In this document: one piece after another, positions 13,274 to 25,860 of the stretch
How positions within the stretch are numbered: position 1 is the stretch's first letter
Layout: each line of letters begins with the position of its first letter
Source of the DNA: Octopus sinensis
Taxonomy: Eukaryota
DNA: 64,000 nucleotides
NCBI RefSeq assembly: GCF_006345805.1
Contig: NC_043001.1
Location: forward strand, 24,242,001 to 24,306,000
Direction of reading: 5' to 3'
Position numbers and translations under genes: made by a program
The notes under the pieces: model-generated
Database searches by the model: none
What the model was told of the DNA's origin: nothing
What the model saw: only the letters and a program-made list of their open reading frames with translations

Positions 13274-13540
13274 TTATGTATGTATGTATAGAGGCTTTGA
13301 GTGACCCGTCTGTTTTTTTGTGTCGTCTCTTTGTGTGTTTTTGCGTTCTTGTCCCACTTTGTTATTTATAATTTATATTTAATTTCTATACACATATATA
13401 TATATATATGTAGAGAGTTTCTGAAGTGATGTACAAATATTGTATATTGAGAATACTAAGTTAATCAGAATGTTGGATGAATATATATTTTTATTTACAT
13501 TTTTAGTGCTTTCTTATTATTCCCAATACATATATATATA

Positions 13541-14226
13541 TACCAATTAAGGACTGAACACGAAAAGTGAACGTCAAATCGCCATTCTCCACAAAAAGTC
13601 TATGTTCTCAGATCAAACTCAACACAAAACCAAAGCAATAAACAAGTGAAAAATATACGAAATAAATATTTACCCATGTACTAAATTTAGTTTCGGCTGT
13701 TATTTTCCGCAAGGAAAAGTGCAGCCATCATCAGCATGGTCCCATATAAAATGTAATTTGCTGCACTAAATGCCAACACGATACCGAAATATCGCGTGCA
13801 TGGAGTACGGCCTATTACATTTGAAATATATATTTCAAATGTCTTTACTTTTGGCGCGATGAGACCCGAGAAAACTAGCCTGCAGCTAATAGTTAGCAGC
13901 AGTTAATTTATCGGTTAGAGAACAAATATTTATATAAAATTAAATTTAGGGTAAAAATTGATATTTATCAATTAGAACCAGTGGTCTAGCATATTAAAGA
14001 AAGAATCCGAAGATTAAAATATTTATATATACCAATTAAGGACTGAACACGAAAAGTGGACAGTCAACATGCTAGATATAGACGTCAAATCACCATTCTC
14101 CACAAAAAGTCTATGTTCTCAGATCAAACTCAACACAAAACCAAAGCAATAAACAAGCGAAAAATATATGAAATAAATATTTACCCATGTACTAAATTTA
14201 GTTTCGGCTGTTATTTTCCGCAAGGA

Positions 14227-14227
<1 letters not shown>
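13541..14227 (-). mobile_element. ~1.4 tandem units (511-nt period) of a non-coding HHR-bearing element (PLE terminal repeat or retrozyme-like)
   Basis: Direct repeats 13541-13716 and 14030-14227 (the first has a 22-bp deletion). The element is bounded by (TA)n at both ends and contains the HHR listed separately. Confidence 0.75.
13674..13739 (-). ncRNA. Type I hammerhead ribozyme motif
   Basis: Minus strand: CCAUG-CUGAUGA-U-GGCUG(cac UUUUCC uugc GGAAAA uaa)CAGCC-GAAA-CUAAAUUUAG-UA-CAUGG. Complete catalytic core, stems I-III all pair, stem III is palindromic, and the GUA cleavage triplet falls at 13679/13678. Confidence 0.85.
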
Positions 14228-14259
<32 letters not shown>

Positions 14260-14404
14260 CATCATCATCATCATATTCATATATATATGTATTGAGAATA
14301 ACAAGAAAGTGGTAAAAATATAAATAAAAATATATATTCATCCAACATTCTGATTACCTTATTATTCTCAATATACAATATCTGTACATCACTTCAAAAA
14401 CTCT

Positions 14405-14436
<32 letters not shown>

Positions 14437-15772
14437 TAAAATGTGTGTTTGTATCTCCTTGTCCTGATGTAACATGATTGTCATAAATAAATGTCATTAA
14501 TTTCCAATATTCTGCAAACAAAAGCATGTTGGCCATGGGAAAATAGTAGCTTGCTTGGAAACAAATGAGAGTTGGTGACAGGACGGGTATCTGCCCATGG
14601 AATATCTGCCTCAATAAACTTTATCTGACCCATGCAAACCAAGGAAAAGAGATGTTAAGATGATGATGATGACAACGACGATCTTTCCTTTGATTTTTAT
14701 TTGTTTGAGCCAATAGACTGCAGCTATTCTGGGACACAGCTTTGAAGAATTTCTAGTCAAATGTATCGACCCCAGTACTTATTTTTTCTGAAGTCTGGTA
14801 CTTATTCTATCTGTCCTGTTTCTTAGTGGTTTGGTCTCTTTTGCTTAACTGCTATGTTACAGGAGCATAAACACACCAACACTGGTTGTCAAGCAATGTA
14901 AGGAGACACTCACAACACATATATCATCATCATCATCATTTGATGTCTGTTATCCATGCTGGCATGGGTTGGAACCTGAAACCATGTGGCTGAGAAGCAA
15001 GCTTCTTATTTCTTTACTGCCCACAATGTGCTACACACAGAGGGAACAAACAAGAACAGACAAATGGATTAAGTCGATTATATCGACCCCAGTGCGTAAC
15101 TGGTACTTATTTAATCGACCTCGAAAGGATAAAAGGCAAAGTCAACCTCGGTGGAATTTGAACTCAGAACATAACGGCAGGCAAAATACCACTAAGCATT
15201 TTGCCCAGCGTGCTAACGTTTCTGCCAGCTTCTTACCACACAGCCACACCTGATGATGATGATGATGATAATGATGATGATGATATATGTACACAGATTC
15301 AGAATTCTGGTTGTTAAAGGAAAGGGCTCTAGTGGCATTCATTACTTTCTCAACAAAGGAAATGTAGGTGGTAAGCTCTATTTGCCAGAAGCTGATTTCT
15401 TACGTACAGCACATGTCAGTATTTACTAATGTAATGATATGACTTAGGCTTTGTTAAATTACCTGAAGTTAGACAGACACAAAAGCATTTCTTTCATAAC
15501 AAATGCCAATGCAAATATACACCTACTGGCAACAAATTGCTACTTTTTAAACACAAGTTTCATATTAAACTGCCACCAAGTACTTTACATCAACAGCAAG
15601 CAAACATTTCTTGGTACCAGTGGAAAAAAAAAAAAATTCTGAGAATGCTTGCATAAAAGTTTACCTCCTGTAGATTATATTTCATTCAACTTTGAAGTAA
15701 TTGCATTATTAGTGTTCTCTCTTATTTGTGGGGATTAAAACTGTTTTTCTTTTGCTGTAGGCTTATCGTCAT

Positions 15773-15970
15773 TATCCATCAATCTCATTATAGTCATCAT
15801 CATCATCACCATTACCATCATCATCATCATCACCATCATCATTATCATCACCATCATCATCACTATCACCATCATTACCATTACCATCATCATCATCACC
15901 ATCACCATCATCATCACCACCACCACCTTCATCATCATCTTCATCATCATCACCACCACTACCATCATCA
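15773..15970. repeat. Long (CAT/CAC)n trinucleotide tract adjoining an RTE 3' tail
   Basis: Direct inspection. It runs into catcatttaacgcctcctttctatgctggcatggg (RTE tail, minus strand). Confidence 0.9.
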
Positions 15971-17859
15971 TTTAACGCCTCCTTTCTATGCTGGCATGGG
16001 TAGGATGGTTTGGCAGAAGACTGCACTAAGCTCTTCTGATGTTTTGGCATAGTTTCTATGGCTGGATGTCTTTCCTAATGCCAACCACTTTACAGAGTGT
16101 ACCGGGTGCTTTTTACATGGCACTGGCACCAGCAGCAGTGAGGTCACCAAGGAATTTGCAGGACAAAACTCCTCAAGTGAAATGGGATTAGTACTGAGGG
16201 ACAGAAAAGGTGTCTTGTGGTAGAAGAGAAATATGTCTACCTCAGATTGTGAGGGAGAGAGGGTGGAAGAATGCCAACCACTCCGAGAGTGTAGTGGGTG
16301 CTTTTACGTACCACTGGCATGAGGGCCAGTCAGGTGGCACTGGCGATGGCCACACTAAAATGGGGTTTTTTATGTGCCACCTGCACAGGAGCCAGTCCAG
16401 TGGCACTGGCAACGACCTCGCTCAAATGTTGTTTTTCATGTGCCACCGGCACAAATGCCAGTAAGGCGGCCCTGGCAATGATTACGCTCAGATGGTGCAT
16501 TTAACATTCCACTGGCACAGGTGCCAGTCAGATGGTGCATGCATATATATATATATATCTATATACATATACATACACTCACACGTGCACATGCATGCAC
16601 ACACACACATGCATGTGCACACACATATGCACATATATTATATATCTTGAATATTTGTTTCAGATTTTGGCATAAGGCCAGTAAGTTTGGGGGAGGGGAT
16701 AAGTTGATTACATCAACCCCAGTACGCAACTGGTACTTAATTTATTGACCCCGAGAGGATGAAAGGAACAGTAGACCTCGGCGGAATTTGAACTCAGAAC
16801 GTAAAGACAGACAAAATACCACTAAGCATTTCGCCCAGTGTGCTTACGTTTCTGCCAGCTCGCCACCTTATACACCTTGAGTATTAGAACTTCGATTCTT
16901 ATTAAAGAATTCTATGACAAGGCATAGAAAAGTAGGCATATTGTCTACAAGGCTAATGGTTCCCACATATATTTGTTAAGTTATAGTTAAAAAATCTTCC
17001 AAAATCACTTGGAAGAATATGTTACTATTCTTGCTTCAGACTCAATAACAACAGAATAGATGTTAATTCTACATCATTTATTGAGAGTAGATTGATACCT
17101 GGGATGGCATCCAATAGTGAGGTATCAGATTTTGTCTGCAGGTCATGCATATAAGGAAAACAAATGATAATAAGTTGAAATCAAATAAAATATAACAAAA
17201 TATAAAGCTTCCTAAAACAGTAATGTTATGGATGCAGTAAATGAAATTCAAAGCTGAATTTTACATTTCTTGTATTCTGACATATTGATTTCATACTTTA
17301 GAATAATATATTCTTGAATAATTAATACCATGTTCAATTTAAGAGCAGTAGAAGTGGTTTCAATAATAACATTTATTAACTCACAATTTTCATTATTATT
17401 CATTAGTTGTTGACATTCCGCAAAGCATTCTATTAAGTCAATATTTCAGTTATTAGTAAGACAAACAAAAGTTTGATTTCTATTGTAATGCTTATAAAAT
17501 GTTATAGATTTATTCTGTCTGTGGAATATTTAAATTTTTCTTTATTATTACTTGCTTTATTGAACTAAAATCTCAAGATGATTGACTATTTATGCATTAG
17601 TTTCTATATCAACACGGAGTGTGTCTGTATCACGTAACTGAGTTCTCAGTAAAAATATTAAAATATGAATAAACATAATTTCCTCAATAAAAGTAATTAA
17701 TGACTGTTTTGCTTTGATATCAGACATGAGGGCCATCCTCTCTGATTAAGCATTCAATACTAAGATTCCTTCTAAAATAATAAAGTGATTCCCTTTAACA
17801 GTTTCAAAATGATAGGTTTGTATTCTGTATAAATTTCAGTCATCATCATCATCCTCCTC

Positions 17860-18470
17860 CTCATCATCGTCGTCGACATCATTGTCATTTAACATCCGCT
17901 TTCCATGCTGGCATGGGTTGGACGGTTTGACTGAGGATTGGCAAGCCAGTAGGCTGCACCAGGCTCCCATCTGATCTAGCAAGGTTTCCACAGCTGGATG
18001 CCCTTCCTGATACCAACCACCCCAAGAGTGCATCATGATTATCATTTAACATCCACCTTCCATATTGGCATGAGTTGGACTGTTTGACTGGAGTTGAAGT
18101 AGAAGGCAGGGCCTGATTTCTATGGCTGGATGCCCTTCCTAATGCAAGCACTTTACAGAGTTTACTGGATTCTTTTTAAGCAGCACCAACAATGGGGAGG
18201 TCACCAAGTTACTTACAAAACAAGGCACTTCAACTGAGTGGAGACTAGTATTGAGGGAGGTGGTTTTGTGATGTGAGGATAAAGTATGAACTAAGGGAAA
18301 GTTTCTACAGCTGGCTGGCATTGGGAAGGGCATCCAGCTGTAGAAACTCTGCCAGATCAAGATTGAAGATTGGTGCAGCCATCTGGTTTGCCAGCCTCAG
18401 TCAAATCGTCCAACCCATGCTAGCATGGAAAGCGGACGTTAAACGATGATGATGATGATGATGAAACAGG
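17860..18470. mobile_element. Cluster of three RTE LINE 3' ends in mixed orientation
   Basis: Tail sequences (catttaacatcc..ttccat.ttggcatg.gttgga) at ~17885 and ~18045 (-) and at ~18300-18465 (+). Confidence 0.75.
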
Positions 18471-19589
18471 TATCTTGCAGTAGAGAAGATGCATGACTAC
18501 TTCTGTTGAAAAAAGAGAGGAGAGAGAGAAAAAGAAAGAGAGAGAGAGAGAGAGGTTGATGAAGAAGATGTGTTGGGATGCAATATTGAAAAATATTTCA
18601 AAGTACTGTACAGTTACTTTTAACATGTGTGTGTACATTCAAATGTAGAAAGACATCTGCTGCAGAATCTGTTTCAGGAGAAATTCTCTTTACAGATAAT
18701 TTACTTGGAAACACCCCATACTGGGCTATGAATGATGTCATCAGACTGTTGGACACATGGTTCTGTGTCATTACGCTTCATCAGCAGCAGACACCAAATT
18801 TATCATTCATAAACCCCTAAGGGCTGTTGGTCTTATATTAGAGCAGCAAATAACAAATTTATTGATGTGTGCAAAGCTCAGTCAAACTGGGACTAATTAG
18901 TTAAAGGTATAGTAAGCAGTAATAATTAAAATAACATATTTTCTTTTACTATTAGATTCTGTGTGTTAGAACTTAAAATATAAATTTGTTTTGCATTTTG
19001 GGGTTTTTGTTAATTGATCTGTTGCCTTCTGGCTGAGTGAAGTGAATAACAGATTATTCTGTTAATCATTGATTAACAGAATAATGAGCTTAATGGAATA
19101 TTGATTATCAGAATAAGCACAGTATTCGATTAATCATCAACAGAGTACTGAGCTTAGTCTGTTAATTGTTAATTAATGGAATACTGAACTGCAAGTAAAA
19201 TGCAACAAATAAAACCTGGAGAGCCTAGGACAGTTTTTGATTTTGAGATGGATTTGTCATCTTTGAGGGGATGATAGAGCAAGGAGATGAGGAAAAACGG
19301 TTATGCAAACTCAGGAAACAATCATATCAAATAAAAAGTAAGATAGGCATAGGAGTGGCTGTGTGGTAAGTAGCTTGCTTACGAACCACATGGTTCCGGG
19401 TTCACTCCCACTGCATTGAACCTTGGGCAACTATCTTCTACTATAACTTCTGGCAGACCAAAGCCTAGTGAGTGATAATTTGAGCTGCTCATATATGTGA
19501 GTAAAAAAGTTTATAGTGCTTATGGGAGGCCCAGTTTCATACATAAGACCTGGAGTGAATATTTTGAGAGGTCTTTTGGAAAAAAAATG

Positions 19590-19950
19590 CAGGTTCAATC
19601 CCACTGCGTGGCACCTTGGGCAAGTGTCTTCTACTATAGCCTTGGGCCGACTAAAGCCTTGTGAGTGGATTTGGTAGATGGAAACTGAAAGAAGCCCGTC
19701 GTATATATGTATATATATGTATGTGCATGTATATATTTATGTGTCTGCGTTTGTCCCACCAACATCTCTTGACAGCTGATGCTGGTGTGTTTATGTCCCT
19801 GTAACCTAGTGGTTCGGCAAAAGAGAACGATAGAATAAATACTAGGCTTACAAAAAATAAGTTCTGGGGTCGATTTGCTCAACTAAAGGCGGTGCTCCAG
19901 CATGGCCACAGTCAAATGACTGAAACAAGTAAAAGAGTAAAAAGAGTATT
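19590..19950 (+). mobile_element. SINE family A, preceded by a separate SINE-A head (19345-19473) and a 115-bp insert
   Basis: Family A body and tail match. Confidence 0.85.
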
Positions 19951-20169
19951 TTATATTTCAAAATATGTTCTTTATGTATTATCTCTTGTTTCTGTCATTG
20001 GACTGTGGCCAAGCTGGGGCACTATCTTGAAAGGTTTAATGGAATAAATCAATCCCAGGGATTATATTTTAAATCTGGTACCTATTCTATTGGTCTGTTT
20101 TGTCAAACCACTAAGTCACAGAGAGGTAAACAAACCAACACCGGTTGTCAAATAGTATTGGGTAAAAAC

Positions 20170-20459
20170 ACATGCATACACACACACACACACACACATA
20201 TATATACATATCTATCTATCTATCTATCTATCTATCAATATATATATATAAATATATACATACATATACATATATATATACATACATATACATATATATA
20301 CATACATATACATATATATATACATATATACATACATATATACATATATACATACATATATACATACATATATATATACATACATATATATATACATATA
20401 TATATATATACATGTATATATATACATATATATATATATACATACATATACATATATAT

Positions 20460-20493
<34 letters not shown>

Positions 20494-20553
20494 TTCCCCG
20501 TCTTCACATTGTTGTGTTTCCTCTTTGTGTTTTCATGTTTGGATTAACTTTAT

Positions 20554-20584
<31 letters not shown>

Positions 20585-20610
20585 TATATTTATATATATA
20601 TATATATATA
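20170..20610. repeat. Complex (CA)/(TA)/(TATC) microsatellite
   Basis: Direct inspection. It is the source of several spurious IY/HT ORFs. Confidence 0.95.
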
Positions 20611-22069
20611 CTAGAAACCAAACTTCTTTGTCACTGATTTTTTTTCTCTCCAGTTACATTTTGCCAGAAACATTTTATTGGTGGGGTTGTGTTTTTACTT
20701 CAGTTTTCTAATTTCATGGAATTCAAAAGGATTAGGTAAAAAAATAATGAGAAATGTCTTTATAAAACGACATTTTAAACCACAAAATGTTAAGCAATAA
20801 GCAACATAATTTTATGTTAACATTTATGATGTACAAGACACAGTGTGTGAAACCTTTGTTACGTACAACAAGAAAGTACAAATGTTTTGATTAGCTCTTT
20901 TTCTTTTCTCCTATATTGAAAAGAAAACAGACTGTTTTATGGCTTCTATCTAATTACAAGCAAAATAATTTTCAGACAAAAACACTCAATCACTTCAATA
21001 CAAAGAACAGATTTTCAAGTCATGACAACTCATAAGGCTTTTAACTTCCTTTTTCTTTGCTGGTTGATAGCAGCTGAAAATTGCCAACTTAACTTTTAAA
21101 GTTCTTTTGCCATCAACTCCTTCATCAAATTGTTTTGCTCTATAGGAATAGATTTGATAGGAATGTGTATCAAACCAAGAAAATAGGTCTATAATTCAAA
21201 CTATCTTTTCAATATATTTGTGTATATGTGTGCATATGAGTGTACATGTATGTGTGCATGCAAGCATATGTACACATGTGTATGCATGCAAACATGTGTA
21301 CTCGTGTGTGTGTGCTTTTGATGTGTGTGTTTTAATTTTTAAAGATACTATATGATTTAAGCATATGAATTACTGTATACATACAAAAAAATTTTAACTC
21401 AAATTCACAAATGTTTCATATTTCACTTGATACAATATGTTTGACAAAGTCTGGTGTGTGTGATCTTTGTAAACAAAATGCCCATTCGTATGATGACATC
21501 GTTTGTTTATTTGTGTAGGCATAAGCTCACTCCCTCCATCAAATCAACATTACTTGTACAGGTGTAACTGGGTTCCACATGTCAGATGTCGAAATGATCA
21601 CAGAACAACATGAAATGAAGTACTTTGCTCTATAAAACAATGCATTACCCGATCTAGGAATTAAAACCATGTTCTCGCAATCATAAGGGCAACACTCTAG
21701 CCACTAAACCATGTGTCTTCAATGTATATATATAAACAGCTGTAAGACTTCAAATTTACCTTACCCTAATTAAATATTCTAAATGACTTGAGATACCTGT
21801 CCTGCCTTGGTTTTTGTTGTCCCTTTTCCTCTAATATAATATATACCTGCTAACTCAGTCTCCAGCTATGAAATCCACTCACAAGGCTTTTAGTCTGACT
21901 AAGACTACAATGGGTGACACTAGTATAAGTTTCTACACAGTGGGACTGGACCCAAACCGTGGTGGGGAAGCAAACTTCTTAACCAATCATCATTTTTACA
22001 TCCACTTTCCATATTTGCTCAGGCTGGACATATTAACAGGATTCACTAGGCCAGAGGCCTCTATCTTAC

Positions 22070-25000
22070 TTCTATGTTTCAGCTTAATCTCAAGGTAGAC
22101 CATTAGTATATTTGCATACATTGGGGGTATACTGGTTCCCATTGCCATTCCTAATTTTTGTCTATATATTAGTTGGTCAAAATTTTTTAAATAATTTTGT
22201 AGAGTAAATTGAAAACCTTCAATTATAAATTCTTTTTATAAGCAGCCTGGTAACTCATGAGGATATTCATTAAGGCAGAAATATATTGCTTTTATTGCAG
22301 AGTATTTGAAACAAGTTGGCCACATCAAAAGACCTCTTTAGGTTTCTTCATTTGTTATATATGGAAGATGGTTTAACATATCCAAGTCGTGTCTTATGTA
22401 GCTCTGTATATACTTCAAATATTGTTTTAGTAATATGTATAAGAAATTGCTCAACTAATGAATTTTACATGACGGCCTTGTAACTATTAGTCATGATTTT
22501 AAAACTCTTAGGTGAAGAATATTTAAGCAAGAAAATAATTTTGTGAAATTTTGGCAGTTCATAAAATTTGTTTGTTTTACTTTTAGTATATCATAATTGG
22601 AACCTCGATCAAACCAAAGATAATATTACAGACGTCCTGAAAACTAAAACTTATTGAAGTGCTGTTTGATAAAGGCAGTAATGATGAACCTCTAGTCAGA
22701 AATAAAAGAAAATACTATCCATTAAATTGTAGAAATAGAGAAGTTTATAATTTTTGTGGTGGTTAAGTGGTCATATTCTTTATTGTATGAATTGAGTGTG
22801 TCATTAAGTTTTGCATTAATTTCTACTGATTGTAGTAGATGACATTCACATAACAGCTGATGTACTCAAGTATGGATATTGTGAAATTTTCACAATAGTC
22901 TATGTCCATTACAACCACAGTACTTCTTTTATTAGCTTCTTTTATAGCTAGTTTTGAATCAGTTTTCAACACATTCATATTTTTATACATTCTTTTGCAC
23001 TGAAATTAGAACAAACACTATGTTTTTACAGAAACATATGGAAAATAAGTGATATGACCATAGAAATTATCAAGTTCTCTATTTCTACAGTTTAGTGGAT
23101 GATATTTTCTTTTATTTCTGATGAGAGAGTCATCATCATTGCCTTTATCAAACAACTCTTCTATAAGTTTTAGTTTTCAGCATGTCTGTGATATTATCTT
23201 TGTTTTGATTGAGGTTCAAATTTTGTTGAGCTGGTGTCAAGTTTAGACCACTTTGGAAGTGCTTTTATTTGTTCTATTATTGTTATTTTATTGGATATAT
23301 TTAAAACTTTTGGTTTCTTATGTCTTTGGTTGTTCCATCTGGTGTCTCTATTCCTTTTGACAAGATCTAAGAAATGGTTTCGAAAGTTTCAATTTGCTAG
23401 ATATGTGTTACACCTATATCCACTATTGTAATCAATAGAATTATGTTGCCTACTCTCTTATACTCTTTTACTTGTTTCAGTCATTTGACTGTGGCCATGC
23501 TGGAGCACCACCTTTAGTCGATCCCAGGACTTACTCTTTGTAAGCCTAGTACTTATTCTATCGGTCTCTTTTGCCAAACTGCTAAGTTACGGGAATGTAA
23601 ACACACCAGCATCAGTTACCAAGTGATGTTGGGGGGGACAAACACAGACACACAAACATATATATATATACATATATACGACGGGCTTCTTTCAGTTTCC
23701 ATCTACCAAATCCACTTACAAGGCTTTGGTTGGCCCAAGGCTATAGTAGAAGACACTTGCACAAGGTGCCATGCAGTGGGACTCAACCCAGAACCATGTG
23801 GTTGGTAAGCAAGCTACTTACCACACAGCCACTCCTGCGCCTGTTGTAGCTACTTACAAAGTTGATTTTCATTAATGTATTTTCAAAATTATTTTTCCAC
23901 CACTGATTTTCAAACGTATTTCACAAGTAAGACCCTGAAGAATATTCTTCTCTTCTGGACAACAGTTGATTTTTATTTCTTGACTTGCATGCAATGCTGT
24001 ATCTGGGTTGGTTTCTATTAAATCCATATTCAGGTTGGTTTCTATTAAATGAAATACTTGTATTTGTTTTGAAAATTTTACCATTTTCTGTTCCAAATTC
24101 CTAAAATTTGATTTATTTGATGTTTGTTTTACAGCTTCTGTATATAACTTAATTGTAATTTTTTTCATAAATGGATTTTCTGAAAGACATTTTTAAAAAA
24201 ATTCTTCTTTGAAACTGCAGAACCAATCATCACTTTTCTTCCACCTACATCATGAAATAATTTCTTCATTTCCATAGTTTTCACATGTTTTCAAAAAAAA
24301 AATGTATTCCTTCTACTTTCTTGAATATTCCTCATAAATTTCCTCATCAATTCCCCTATATTTTTCTGCATTAGTCTTTGCTCATAATCTTAATAATTCT
24401 ATATACATTTCAAATTCTATATACATTTCAAATAATCTTAATAATTCTACATACATTTCAAATTTGCCAAGAGATATCCTTTCTTGAAGTTGTTGTTGTT
24501 TTGGTTCATTTTTTATTGGCTTGATCTGAGATTTTCTTGGAAGAATTATTGGTGTTAAGTTCACCCATCATTTGTATATATCAGCTCTGTTGTTGTTCTT
24601 AACTTTATTCCAAAATGTAAATTTGTGTGCTTCTATGTTTTTGTTCCAGATGTGGTCAATACAACTTTTAATCAAAATTATTTTACTGATGAATGATTTC
24701 ATCTAAATCTGTTGTTTGTCTGTTTTGCTGTACTGTTTGATTAAAAAATACAGTTTCTGAAGTTTTATGAAAGTTGGCACATATTCTAACACAGCCACTC
24801 AGAATTTAATCTTTTTACATCTTCGTTGACTGCTCTAGTGAAGCAATGAGGATTATCCAATTCTTCAGTTAATATCAATATTTTTGTACTAATTTTCTTC
24901 AATTCTTTTAAAATACTGTCGTTTGTAGTTTTTGCAATTCTGTCTGTTTTTGGAAGCATTTTCTTTCACTTGTGCAGGAATTTGACAGCCAAAATTTTAA
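22070..25000 (-). mobile_element. Degraded Penelope-like element (N-terminal region plus RT), interrupted by a SINE-A at ~23460-23845
   Basis: Minus-strand fragments (frameshifted, with stops): LPK...SYIR.DLDML.HLP...SFDVANL...YRQKLGMAMGT..PPMYANI.M.YLE (22070-22560); KEA.K.STVVVMD (~22900); VLNIS...KGLNLTP...SLIRNK (23050-23400); and a charged N-terminal region (24200-24800). Confidence 0.8.
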
Positions 25001-25239
25001 ACTTTTCCCATTATAGCAATGTGTAGATATTTGACAGAAAAATAAAAAATTAATAAAGAACTTTCCTCATTTTAAAATATAAACCAAGTTTATATTTTAA
25101 GTTTAATTGTTAACCAATTATTAACAATTATTTTTAATTCATTTATTAGCATTTATAAAATATATTTTGCCATATATTTTACAAGTAGTTAAAGTATAAA
25201 AATTTACATCCCTACATAATTTGGGTTCTCTAGTGTATA

Positions 25240-25408
25240 CAAGGGCATGCTGAAAAGTTCCTGGCTTTGGGTAAAAGAAAATATAGAAGGATCAGTTAAT
25301 TATGGTTTTATTTGACATATTCCCCTCTCAGATTCATACACTTATTGTGGCAGTCCTTCAGTTTTTCTAAGCCATGTAAAAGAACTTGGAAGTTTTCAGC
25401 ACCCCTTC
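25240..25408 (-). mobile_element. Mariner-derived MITE, same family as 13079-13273
   Basis: TIRs aagggcatgctgaaaagttcc...ggaagttttcagcacccctt. The interior is the reverse complement of the 13079 copy. Confidence 0.75.
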
Positions 25409-25456
25409 ACTTGTTACCTGTGAGCCTTTAATGAGATTAATTTCAGTAGACATAGT

Positions 25457-25860
25457 CTTTTACTCTTTTACTTGTTTCAGTCATTTGACTGCGGCCATGC
25501 TGGAGCACCGCCTTTAGTTGAGCAAATCAGCCCCGGGACTTATTCTTTGTAAGCCCAGTACTTATTCTATCGGTCTCTTTTGCCGAACCGCTAAGTGACG
25601 GGGACATAAACACACCAGCATCGGTTGTCAAGCAATGCTAGGGGGACAACCACAGACACACAAACACACACACACACACATATATATACATATATACGAC
25701 AGGTTTCTTTTCAGTTTCCGTCTGCCAAATCCACTCACAAGGCATTGGTCGGCCCGGGGCTATAGCAGAAGACACTTGCCCAAGATGCCACGCAGTGGGA
25801 CTGAACCCGGAACCATGTGGTTGGTTAGCAAGCTACTTACCACACAGCCACTCCTGCACC
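25457..25860 (-). mobile_element. Full-length SINE family A
   Basis: Complete head (ggtgcaggagtggctgtgtggtaag) to tail (agtaaaagagtaaaag) on the minus strand. An RTE 3' end follows at 25861-26110 (-). Confidence 0.9.

Noticed and set aside
15726-16052. Poly-His / poly-Met-Val / poly-Asp ORFs
   Set aside because: A (CAT/CAC)n tract contiguous with an RTE tail.
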